Of a DNA stretch of 64,000 nt, positions 32,516 to 42,222 are shown in pieces. Both the position numbers and the translations under genes were made by a program. This DNA comes from an uncultured Solirubrobacteraceae bacterium (GTDB taxonomy: Bacteria > Actinomycetota > Thermoleophilia > Solirubrobacterales > Solirubrobacteraceae), in assembly GCA_963835865.1 (NCBI GenBank), contig CAWIGW010000006.1, positions 9,676-73,675 on the forward strand, written 5' to 3'. How positions within the stretch are numbered: position 1 is the stretch's first letter; each line of letters starts with the position of its first letter. Below the pieces are notes generated by a model. That model worked only from the letters and a program-made list of their open reading frames with translations. It was not told the DNA's origin and ran no database searches.

Positions 32516-33021
32516 ATGAGCACCGACACACTCGCAAAGACGTACAAGATCCCGGCCGGCGAGGGACTCGCCGACATCTGGTGGAAGACCGGTCGGATAC
32601 GGTCAAGGCAAGCGCCGCGAAGACCGGCGGCAGCCTCGCGCAGGTCGAGATGAATGACCCGCGCGGCGCCGCGACCCCACTGCACGTCCACCACAACGAG
32701 GACGAGACCTTCTACGTGGTCGAGGGCGAAGTCACCATGCTCGTGGACGGGGTCCGAATCGACCTCTCGGCGGGCGATTATGCGTTCGCCGCACGTGGAG
32801 AGGCCCATGCCTACGTCGTCAGTTCGGAGCGGGCACGGATGCTCGTCACGTTCACCCCAGGCGGACTGGAGGAACTGTTCGTCGAACTCGGCGTCCCGGT
32901 GGTTGGCGGCGAGCCACCGACTGAGGAAGTGTTGCCGCCGATCGACGAGCTGGCTCGACGCTTCGGCGCCTATGGCTGCGACATAGTCGGGCCACCCCCC
33001 AAGCTCGCTGATTTCTCCTAG
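32516..33021 (+). CDS. Cupin (quercetin dioxygenase-like; frameshift near 32600)
   Basis: PLHVHHNEDETFYVVEGE...AGD...RGEAHAY. Confidence 0.85.
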
Positions 33022-33055
33022 AGCTGTGTCCGGGGTCGGACGACGGGCCGCGCGG

Positions 33056-33350
33056 ATGCGGAAACGGTTACTCGGGGCTGTTCGCCCGTGCATCAGGGTC
33101 ATGCGCTCTTCGCGGTGTTCAACCGAACCGCCAATCCTGTTGTAAGGGGCGCGCTCAGCACGCCCCTGCATCCCCTGCTGGCCGCAGCCTCGCACCGCTC
33201 ACTGTCACCGGCCGTCGCAGCGGCCGCCGCCATACGTTCCCGGTCGGCTACCGCCAAACTGGCGACCGGGTGATCGTCAACGTCGGCTGGCCCGAGCCCA
33301 AGCGGTGGTGGCGCAACCTCCGCGATGGAGGCCGGGTGGAAATGAGGAGT
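33056..33350 (+). pseudogene. Deazaflavin-dependent nitroreductase-like fragment, 3'-truncated
   Basis: NP.VR..L.TPLHPLL...TVTGRRSGRRHTFPVGY...WWRNLRDGGRVE; similarity stops before the vapBC promoter. Confidence 0.6.
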
Positions 33351-33400
33351 CAGCTCCGCTCGCGAGGCGCCCGCCGGCTTTCCCGGGTAGGTCTACGCGG

Positions 33401-33432
33401 GCCTTTACCAAGCAGCGTGATAAAGTAAAGGC
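33401..33432. promoter_or_regulatory. Inverted repeat, probable vapBC operator
   Basis: gcctttac-N16-gtaaaggc immediately before the antitoxin ATG at 33434. Confidence 0.6.
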
Positions 33433-33433
33433 T

Positions 33434-33652
33434 ATGCCTCGCGTATCCACGAAGAACCAGGTGACACTGCCCGTCGATGTCATGCGCGCGGCGGGCCTTC
33501 GTCCTGGAGACGAGGTCTCCGTTAGGCCAGTCGGAGAGGGCGAGGTGATCGTTGCGGTCCGGGGTTCGCGCGTCCGTCGGCACGCCGGAATCGCCGAGGG
33601 GATCTACCGTGAGGGAGAACTCGAGAGGCTGCGCAGCGAGTGGGAGCGCTGA
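33434..33652 (+). CDS. AbrB/MazE-type antitoxin (VapB)
   Basis: RVSTKNQVTLPVDVMRAAGLRPGDEV...LRSEWER. Confidence 0.88.
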   Translation: MPRVSTKNQVTLPVDVMRAAGLRPGDEVSVRPVGEGEVIVAVRGSRVRRHAGIAEGIYREGELERLRSEWER

Positions 33653-34023
33653 TTCTGGATGCGAGCGTTCTGATCGGGCTGCTTGATTCCGCGGACGCCC
33701 ACCACGCTCGTGCAGTCCAAGACACTGAGGCAGGCGACATCGCGCAACGGCGCCTCGTCGCGCCGGCGACGGCCTACAGCGAGGCGCTCGTTGCTTTCGC
33801 TCGCGCGGGACGCACCGCGGAGGCGCGTCGCGCTATAGCCGGGATGGGCATCAGCGTTGCCCCGCTGACCGAGCCCATGGCGGAGCGTGCCGCCGAGCTT
33901 CGATCGCAGCACCGGCGTTTACGCCTGCCGGACGCGATGGTCCTCGCGTGCGCCGCCGAGCTGGATGGAGAGCTGCTGACATATGACGATCGTCTGGCGG
34001 CACTCGGACGCGCCGCTTCATAG
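33640..34023 (+). CDS. PIN-domain toxin (VapC)
   Basis: LILDASVLI, SEAL, LRLPDAMVLACA, LLTYDDRL; overlaps the antitoxin. Confidence 0.9.
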   Translation: MGALILDASVLIGLLDSADAHHARAVQDTEAGDIAQRRLVAPATAYSEALVAFARAGRTAEARRAIAGMGISVAPLTEPMAERAAELRSQHRRLRLPDAMVLACAAELDGELLTYDDRLAALGRAAS

Positions 34024-34043
34024 GCGTAGGTGAGCGCCGTTAC

Positions 34044-34078
34044 GTTTGGGCAGCAAGCACCGCTCGCTGCCCAACCCC
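34044..34078. repeat. Degenerate copy of the arm-like inverted repeat about 100 bp before att copy 4
   Basis: gtttgggcagca-agcaccgctc-gctgcccaacccc; same motif and spacing as 22602-22638. Confidence 0.7.
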
Positions 34079-34176
34079 AGCCTGAAGTGCCCCAACCCAT
34101 CCCCATCGTGGGCTTCGAGGCGAAGAAATCGCTCGAAACCCGGGCGATTGTGCGTTTGAGCTCGGAACGGCGGCGT

Positions 34177-34219
34177 CCTCCTAAGCGGTAAATCCAGGTT
34201 CGACTCCTGGCGGGGGCAT
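34177..34219 (+). repeat. att-like copy 4 of the tRNA-Arg 3' half
   Basis: 43-bp core with one mismatch (taaatcc vs tagatcc); followed by ccgggaaggcctgcaaa as in copy 2. Confidence 0.95.
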
Positions 34220-34279
34220 CCGGGAAGGCCTGCAAACAGGCTGTTTAGCGAGCGATCGGCGGGCCGTGTAGGCCTACCT

Positions 34280-35647
34280 CTATTCGTAGGTGTATTGGTC
34301 GGAGGTCGTGCTTGCGTTTGTGCCGGCGGATGTTGTGAGCGTGACTTTCACAATGCCCGTGCTCGCGGACGCGGGCGAAACCGCCGTTATCGAGGTCGGC
34401 GAGTTGACCGTGAATTCTTTCGCGGGCACGCTCCCGAACGACACGCTCGTGACGGTCGGGTTCACGAAGTTCAGGCCGGTGATCTTGACCTTCTTGCCGC
34501 CCGCGACCTTGCCCTTGGCGGGCGCCAGCTTCGTCACCGTCGGCGGCAGTCCCCTGCGCTGCCGGCAGCCCTGCGCTTCGTTGCTGTACAGCTGCTGCAG
34601 GTAGTAGTAGCGGCCGTCGATTACCTGGTTGTAGAGCGCCCCGTTGGGCGCAGTCCCAAGAGGTGTACCCCACGCCATTTTTTCATGGAACGCTTCGCTT
34701 GGGCTCGACCAGGTCGTCTGGACGCAGATGTCCGCGACCTCTTCTCCTCCGCCGGGAAGAGTGTTCTCCCATCCGGCGTTGAACGGGTTGGTGATCGTCT
34801 CGGCGAACTCGTGCTCTATGACCTCGAGCTCGCCGTCGCTTATCCCGTTCGGATGCTGTTTGCTGTCACATCCGTTGACGCCAGGCAGATAGGGCATCAC
34901 CGCATACGGCAGGTCTTCGAGTTCGTTTTCTGGATTGAAGTTGAAGTCGTGGAGCCCGCAGTACTGCACGGACGAGCAGCCGACCCCCACGTGGGTTGTT
35001 TTGTTCGGTTCCACTCTCGTGACGTCGCATGCCGAGACCCCCGGCGGCAGCAGAACGAAGTATGCGCGTGTAGCTTCTCGTACTGACGGGCCGGGAACCC
35101 ATGTCTGCCCGGGTAGCTTGCCTTCTTTCACCAGCGCCCTCATCTCTTCCTTGATCTGCACGAGTGACACGCAGGGCGAAGAGGGCCGTGCGGCGCATTC
35201 GGAGGATTCGGCCGGGTAGGGGTGCTTGTCGTTGATCGCCTTGCCGAGATGCGTTTCGTACTTCACGTTGTATTGCGCGAGGACCGAGTAGAAGTTCTGG
35301 TCGGTCCCGTTGTCGTGTTCGAGCCCCTTGAAGAAAGTCTTGATTCCGGACGCGTAACCCGCCGGGAATTTAGGAGCGCCTTTCGGAGCCCAGTAGACGA
35401 AATACGTCGTCGTCGTCGGCATGTAGATGCCCGAGGTGGGATCGAGTTTCTGTGTGGAGCAGTTTTCGCTCGGTTCGAAGCATTCGTACGCCGAGGCGCT
35501 TGCCGCGCCGAGGGTCGCCATTAGCGCAGCCAGCGTGACGAACAGTCCGAGGCCCGCAGCAAAGCGTCGAGGGCTCCTCCCGCCGCGGCCAGCGGCCGCT
35601 GGCCGGTCGCCGATCGTGCGACCGATGCTCTTCCGTGATCCGGTCAT
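34280..35647 (-). CDS. Secreted protein with a PHI-1/EXORDIUM-like domain and a C-terminal IPT/TIG domain
   Basis: Signal peptide; YCGLH, HEFAETITNP, EVADIC, YYLQQLYSN; PTVTKLAP..G...GG.KV.ITG.NF...V.FG. Confidence 0.65.
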   Translation of the reverse strand: MTGSRKSIGRTIGDRPAAAGRGGRSPRRFAAGLGLFVTLAALMATLGAASASAYECFEPSENCSTQKLDPTSGIYMPTTTTYFVYWAPKGAPKFPAGYASGIKTFFKGLEHDNGTDQNFYSVLAQYNVKYETHLGKAINDKHPYPAESSECAARPSSPCVSLVQIKEEMRALVKEGKLPGQTWVPGPSVREATRAYFVLLPPGVSACDVTRVEPNKTTHVGVGCSSVQYCGLHDFNFNPENELEDLPYAVMPYLPGVNGCDSKQHPNGISDGELEVIEHEFAETITNPFNAGWENTLPGGGEEVADICVQTTWSSPSEAFHEKMAWGTPLGTAPNGALYNQVIDGRYYYLQQLYSNEAQGCRQRRGLPPTVTKLAPAKGKVAGGKKVKITGLNFVNPTVTSVSFGSVPAKEFTVNSPTSITAVSPASASTGIVKVTLTTSAGTNASTTSDQYTYE

Positions 35648-35814
35648 CTCTCGCCCCCCGCTGTCTGTTCCCGACGGGCACTCTCGTGCCTCACGGGAAA
35701 GAGTACAGAGAGTGAGCGGCAGCCTCGTCCCGACCCTGTTTCTCAGCGGGAGTTCATGCTCGGTCCCGCCTGGGCCGATGGATGCCTACACAACTCTTGG
35801 AGGAATCCTGCCCT

Positions 35815-36603
35815 ATGAAGCTTCCGCGCCCGCGGCTTACCTATGCCAACGTAGTCGCCAGCCTTGCCCTCTTCGTGGCGCTTGGCGGCGTCAGCTATGC
35901 GGCTACGACCCTGCCGAAAGGGAGTGTCGGGTCCAAGCAGATCCGGGCCGGAGCGGTCCGCACCGGCAAGCTCGCCGACGGTGCGGTGACCGCCGCGAAG
36001 CTGGCTAAGGGGGTCCGCGAACGGCTCGCGCCCGTGGGGGGCGCGCCGGCTGTGACAACAACGAGCGCAACCCCCGAAAGCGTCAAGCACGCCGAAACTG
36101 CTGACAGAGCAGCCACGGCCGCAAGCGCTGCCACGGCGGCCTACGCCAACTCGGCCGGGGGCGCCGCCACGGCCGACCTGGCCACCACTTCCAAAAACGC
36201 CGAAGCCCTCGGCGGTCAGCCCGCCGACCATTACCTGACCGCCGACTCCGTCCTTCGGTCCGGGCAGACCGAGGCGGGCGATTTCATCGCCGCGGCGGCC
36301 AATGGTCAGGCCGGCACGGTGCTGGTCCAGTTCTGGCCGCACCTGCCCGAATCGCTGCCCGAAGGACACATCATCGTGATCGGGGAAGGCGGCCCGGGGA
36401 CCGTCGAATGCCCTGGTGCCGGCCAGGCGGCGGCAGGCTACATGTGCGTCTATCAGTCATTCAACGAAGGCATGACCTTTGAATCCTTCATCTCGACGAT
36501 GCCCGGCTCGATCTACGCCGGACCGGTGAGCGGAGTCATGACCTGGCGGAGCAACCAATCCAATGGCCTGCTTCGGGGCACCTGGGCCTACACCGCGCCG
36601 TAG
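35815..36603 (+). CDS. Secreted hypothetical protein
   Basis: RLTYANVVASLALFVALGGVSYAA leader, SVGSKQI...AVT..KLA repeats, Ala/Thr linker, ends WAYTAP. Confidence 0.75.
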   Translation: MKLPRPRLTYANVVASLALFVALGGVSYAATTLPKGSVGSKQIRAGAVRTGKLADGAVTAAKLAKGVRERLAPVGGAPAVTTTSATPESVKHAETADRAATAASAATAAYANSAGGAATADLATTSKNAEALGGQPADHYLTADSVLRSGQTEAGDFIAAAANGQAGTVLVQFWPHLPESLPEGHIIVIGEGGPGTVECPGAGQAAAGYMCVYQSFNEGMTFESFISTMPGSIYAGPVSGVMTWRSNQSNGLLRGTWAYTAP

Positions 36604-36928
36604 CCGGGAGATCGAAACGGTGGTGTGACCCTTCGGGACATGGAAACACCCCTGTGATCCGGATCGGGACGGGAGATTCGTCCTCGCGGTTGTTGGCGAT
36701 GATCGTCGACCCGGCGGAGACTACAAGTGCGCGCGGGCCCTCACGCGTCCATACCTGCTCTCCATCGGGATGCCGGGATCCCGCCAACCGGGGCGATGCT
36801 AGTCGAGCGTGTGGCTGAATCGCCGCCTCCGGGACATGCGTCCGTCCAGGCAGCTCCGACCTATTCGTGGGCGCAGACGAGCGTCGCTACGGTTTGGGGA
36901 GCAAACCCGTCTCACTTGGAGGATGCCT

Positions 36929-37534
36929 ATGCCTGACACCACCTGTCACATGTCGATCTCGCTCGACGGCTTCGTCGCCGGGCCTGACCAGAGCCGGGAG
37001 AATCCGCTGGGGAAGCGGGGGAGGGAGCTCCATGGCTGGCACCTCGGCGACGAGCGCGCAAACGATGCCGACGCGACGGCAGTCAGTTGGCTCATGCGAC
37101 CGCGCGGGGCCTACATCATGGGTCGCAACATGTTCGGGCCGGTCCGCGGCGAGTGGGATGAGGACTGGGATGGATGGTGGGGCTCCGAACCGCCTTACCA
37201 CGCGCCGGTCTTCGTGCTCACCCACCATGCCCGCGAGCCGATCGAGATGGAAGGCGGCACGAGTTTCCACTTTGTCACGGAGGGCTTCGGGGCCGCCTAC
37301 GCGCAGGCGCGCGAAACGGCCGGTGAGTCAGGCATCGATATCGCGGGCGGCGCCTCGACCGTCCGCCAGGCGCTCGCCGCCGGCGTGATCGACGAGCTGG
37401 CCCTTGACGTGGCCCCCGTGCTGTTGGGGTCCGGCGAGCGGCTGTTCGACGGAGCCGAGTCCTTCGAGTTTGAGCCGGTGGAGGTGCTCCACTCTCCGCT
37501 CGCAACGCACATCCGCTATCGGCGGGCTGAGTGA
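36929..37534 (+). CDS. Dihydrofolate reductase family (RibD C-terminal) protein
   Basis: MSISLDGFVAGP, IMGRNMF, PVFVLTH, IAGGA, DEL...APVLLGSG.RLF. Confidence 0.9.
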   Translation: MPDTTCHMSISLDGFVAGPDQSRENPLGKRGRELHGWHLGDERANDADATAVSWLMRPRGAYIMGRNMFGPVRGEWDEDWDGWWGSEPPYHAPVFVLTHHAREPIEMEGGTSFHFVTEGFGAAYAQARETAGESGIDIAGGASTVRQALAAGVIDELALDVAPVLLGSGERLFDGAESFEFEPVEVLHSPLATHIRYRRAE

Positions 37535-37560
37535 GGTCGACTCCGGCGCGGCACCTGCCG

Positions 37561-39189
37561 CTAGGAGACTCCGACCGGTGGCGCTCGCAACGGGCTCGCC
37601 GGAAGGCGTCGCGTTACGCCGGCGAGGCCGAGCAGGGCGAACAGTGCGACGCCGCCGACGGCGATCTTCAGCGCATCGACCTGGGACTGGGCGTAGTTCG
37701 ATTCGAGCTGGGAGACGACCCGCGGAGGGACGCCTTTCTGCGCAGCTCGTCGCCGGCGAGGCCGGCAGGGATGAAGGCCAGGCCCTCGCTGGTCTTCGCG
37801 CGGACTCGTGGCGCGGGCCATAGGGGAGGGACTCTGTCGCCTTCGACCCGGTGGTCGAAGGTCGTGGTGAGGAAGCTGAGCAGGATCGACCCGATCACCG
37901 CCGTGCCGAGCGCGGCGCCGAGGTTCTGCGCGGTCCCTGCAGCGCGCCCGTCTCGCTGGTCTTGTCGGGTCCGGCGGTGGAGAGGTTGACGTTGCTCACC
38001 TGGGAGCCGATCAGGCCGAGGCCGATCCCGACGACGAGCACCGAGCCGGCGAAGGGGAGGGAGTCGAAGTGCTGGTCGATCGTGAAGATCAACAGGCCCG
38101 CGCCGGCGGCGATGAAGAGGAAGCCGAGCCGGATCAGCCGTCGCGGCGGGACCCGGGTGGAGAGGCGGGAGGCGCCCATCGCGACGAAGAGGACCGCGAG
38201 CGACATCGGCAGCAGGTCAGCCGGTTTCGCAGCGGGTCCTTGCCGAGCACGATCTGCAGGTAGAGCGGCATCAGGAAGAAGATCCCGCCGAGGCAGAGGA
38301 ACATCACCGCGATCGTTCCGAGGCCCGCGCGCAGCTGGGCGAGGCGGAGCATCGCGAGTTCGACCAGGGTGTCGCTCGCCGGCGGCGGCAAGGCGGCGCT
38401 CCCAGACCGCGAAGCCGCCGAGCAGGACGAGGCCGGCGAGGATCAGGAACGGGACCACCGAGAGCCCGAAGGGTTCGAGCGCGGTGCCGCCGATCGTCGG
38501 CGACTTCCTTGGTGTCGATCCAGCCCCAGGTCGAGCTCTGGACGACACCGAGCACGGCGAGGGCCAGGCCCGCCGTCGAGAGCAGCGCGCCGACCACGTC
38601 GAGCTTCGGCCGGGCCCGGCCGAGCGGCGCGTCGGCGACGATCCTCGAGGCGCCGAGCAGGCAGACCATGATCACCGCCTCGCCCGCGAAGACGTCGCGC
38701 CAGGACCCGACCGTGGCCACCCAGCCGCCGATCATCGGCCCGGCCGCCGCGGCGGCGCCGGCGATCCCGCCGATCGCGCCGAAGGCGATCGACCCGGTCG
38801 GCACCCTGGTAGTTGGAGGCGAGCAGCGAGAGGATCGCCGGGACCATCAGCGCCGCTCCGACCGCCTCGAGGATCGACCAGCCGAGGATCAGGATGCCGA
38901 TGTTCTGCGCAAGCGCGGTGATCAGGGCGCCGGCGCCGAAGGTGACGAGCCCGATCCGGAAGGCGAGGCGGCGGCCGATGATGTCGCCGAGCTTGCCGCC
39001 GACCAGCATCAGCGCAGCTGTGGTCAGCGTGTAGGTCGCGATCGCCAGCTGCATCGTCGCGACCTTGGTGTCGAGGTCCTCGATCACCTTCTCGATCGAG
39101 ACGTTCATCACCGTCGAGTCGAGGACCATGACGAACTGTCCCGAGCACAGGGCGATCAGGACCGCCCACTTGAACCGGGCCGTGTTCAT
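37561..39189 (-). CDS. MFS (DHA2-like) transporter (multiple indels)
   Basis: QFVMVLDSTVMNVSI, GGKLGDIIGRR, GPMIGG, LDVVGALLS. Confidence 0.82.
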
Positions 39190-39239
39190 CCCTCGGACTC
39201 GCCTGCCATCGGCGGGAATCTAAGGCAAACTTTGAGGCA

Positions 39240-40613
39240 ATGGATGGATCGAAGCTTGAGCTCGGCCCCTGCGTGAGGCGCTCTCGGGTGAATTGATTCT
39301 CCAGGGCGAGGCGGGGTGGGACACGGCGCGGCTGGCCTGGAATCTCAGCGCCGACCAGCGCCCGCCGCTGGTGGTGCTGGCCGAGTCGCCGCGGGACATC
39401 GCCGCGACCGTGCGCTTCGCGGCGGCCAACGGCCTGCGGGTCGCCCCGCAGTCGACCGGCCACGGGGCGCGCCAGCATGGGCGACCTCGCCGGGACGATC
39501 CTTCTGAAGACATCAAGGCTGAACGCTGTCGTCGGTCGACCCGCGACGCGCAGAACCGCCACGGTGGAGGCGGGCGCGCTGGGAGCGACGTCGTCGCCCC
39601 GGCAGCCGAGCACGGCCTGGTCGGCCTGCATGGGATGTCGGCGTCGGTCGGCGTGGCCGGCTACCTGCTCGGAGGCGGGATCGGCTGGCTCACCCGCCGC
39701 GAGGGCTTCGCCTCGACTCACGTGCGCGCTTTCGAGGTCGTGGCGCCGATGGCGAGGCCCGTCGCGTCGATGGCGCAAGCGACCCCGAGCTCTTCTGGGC
39801 GCTTCGCGGGGGCGGCGGCGGACCGGTGATCGTCACCTCCTTCGAGCTCGGTTGTTCGAGCTGCGCCGCGCGTTCGCCGGTGGGCTGATGTGGCCGATCG
39901 AGCAAGCGGAGGCGGTAGTCGACGGATGGCGCGAGTGGATCGCGACGGTCCCGAACGAGTTGACATCGACAATCAAGCTGCTGCGCTTCCCGCCAGTTGC
40001 CGGCCGTCACCGCTGAGCTGCGAGGCCGCGAGATGGTCGCGGTCACACTCGCCTTCACCGGTACCGCCGAGCGGGGGGCAGAGCTGGTCGCGCCGCTCCG
40101 CGCGCTCGCCACCCCTTATATGGACACGCTGACGACAGTGCCCGGCGCGGCGCTCGCGGACATCGCCGGCGACCCGACCGACCCGACGCCGGCGCTCGGC
40201 CACGCGGCGCTCGTCGAGCGGGTCTGGTCCCAGGAGACCGATGCGTTCCTGGCACTCGCCGGACCGGGCGTCGAAACTCCACTCCTGTCCGTGGAAATCC
40301 GCCACCTCGGCGGCGCCCTGCGCGACTCGCCTCGCCGGATCCCGGCGCCGCCGGCACGCTCGACGCCGAGGGCCTCGTCTACTCGACCGCGCCCGTCAGC
40401 TCGCCGCAGGCCGAGAGGAGATCCTTGCTGCACAGCGCGAGGTGGCCGCGCGCATCGCACCGTTCTCCGGGGCCCGTGACACGATCCTCACCTTCGACGA
40501 GCAGGGTCCGATGCGCAGCGCCTTCTCGCCCGGGGTCGCCGGGCGCCTGGAGGTGATCACCGAGAGCGCGCGATCCCGACAGCCTCCTGGTGGCGAATCA
40601 CGTCGCTGACTGA
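39240..40613 (+). CDS. FAD-binding oxidoreductase (berberine-bridge-like; multiple indels)
   Basis: WNLSADQRP, VAPQSTGHG, VGVAGYLLGGGIG, LFWALRGG, C-terminal DP...L.ANH. Confidence 0.82.
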
Positions 40614-40741
40614 TCTCTGACCTTCGGGTGGCCCGCTTCGCGGGTTTCCACAAGAGTGAATAGGAAGATTGTTCACGAATACCACCGGCTTCAGCGCGAT
40701 ACGGTGAGTTCCACCGTTGCACGTCCAGCTAGCCTCGGTAC

Positions 40742-42171
40742 GTGAGCCCTGGCCCCGACGATCCGCCTGAGGCGGGCAAGCTCCCACCGGCCGGCTCGCG
40801 CGGACGGCCCGCGTCGGCGGCCTCGTGACGGGTCAGGGACTGCGCTGGGCGGGGATGCGGACCGCCAACCGGGTGCGCACGCCCGAGCGGGCCGCCTCGG
40901 CCGAAAGCGAGCGGACGGCCGCGCTCGTCGGGCAGCTGGTCGACCAGCTCGGCCAGATGCGGGGAGCCGCCATGAAGGTCGGGCAGATGATCTCGATGGT
41001 CGACTTCGACGGTCTCCCGGAGGACCAGCGCGACGAGCTGCAGCGCCGCCTCGCTGCGCTTCGCGACGACGTTCCGCCGGTCCGGTTCGCGGATCTGGAG
41101 AAGCTGATGCGCCAGGAGTTCGGAGGGCCGCTCGAGCGGGTCTTCAGCGACTTCGACGAGCAGGCGTTCGCCGCGGCATCGATCGGTCAGGTGCATCGCG
41201 CCACGACCGTGGACGGCGAGGATGTCGCCGTGAAGATCCAATATCCCGGGGTGGCCGAGGCGGTCGAGACGGACCTTCGCAACGCGACCCTGCTGCTGCC
41301 CGCTCGTCAAACGGCTCGCCCCCGGGCTGGACGCCAAGGCGATGGCGTCGCGAGATGCGCGAGCGCATCGCCGAGGAGCTCGACTACGAGCTCGAGGCGC
41401 AGAATCAGCGCCGCATCGGGCGCCTCATGCGCGGGCACCCATTCGTCCTGGTGCCGCAGGTCCGCACGGACCTCTCGACGCGCCGCGTGCTCGTCTCCGA
41501 ATACGTCGAGGGGGAGGGCTTCGAGGCGGTCCGCAGGGCCGACGAGGCGCAGCGCGACCGCTATGGCAGAGATCGTCTTCCGGCTTCACTTCGGCCTGCT
41601 CTACCGCGACCGGATCGCCCTGGGCGATCCTCACCCCGGCAACTACCTCCTGACCCCCGACGGCCGGGTCTGCTTCCTTGACTTCGGGCTCGTCCGCTAC
41701 GTCGCCGCCGAGCGCATAGCCGCCGAGCGGGCGATCGCGCTGGCCGTCCGCGAAGGGGACGCTGCGGCTCTCAAGAAGGCCGCTGCTCAGCGGCGGCTAT
41801 CTGCCCGCCGGGCGAGCCGACGGCCGTCGATGCCGAATTCGCGCTGCGGCTGATGCAGGTGGCGATCAGCTGGTATGCCGATTCCGGGACAGCGGCGCTT
41901 CTCGCCCGAGGACAGCCGTCGAGACGGCAAGGCGAGAGTCTCGTGACAGCGACGAGCGGGCGGCGGCGAGCGAACAGGTCAACCAGTTCACCCTGCCGCC
42001 CGAGGCGATGCTGATCCGGCGGATGCACGGCATCGTCGCGATCGTTCTGCGCCAGCTCCGGGCGGCAGCCGACTGGGGCGCCATCGCCGCCGAGTACCTG
42101 CACGGGGAGCCGCCCGGCGACGCCTCTCGGGCAGGCCGAGGCCGAGTTTCTTCGCGCGCTCCGGCGCTTAG
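40742..42171 (+). CDS. ABC1/UbiB (AarF) atypical kinase (multiple indels)
   Basis: RGAAMKVGQ, AAASIGQVH, VAVKIQYPG, EELDY..EA, DPHPGNY, LDFG. Confidence 0.88.
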
Positions 42172-42222
42172 GCGTCGCTCTGGTCCTCGTCCGTGAGGGC
42201 GCCCGCGCTCCGCGCGAGCGCC

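Larger units (their letters stand above)
21101..34219. mobile_element. Tandem array of tRNA-Arg-integrated cargo cassettes (21101-22780, 22781-30481, 30482-34219)
   Basis: Bounded by four direct copies of the tRNA 3' half; carries TA modules, an integrase relic and accessory cargo. Confidence 0.8.

Noticed and set aside
22738-34219. Downstream tRNA-like copies as extra tRNA genes or a CRISPR array
   Set aside because: They lack the 5' acceptor strand and D arm, are kilobases apart, and no cas genes are present.
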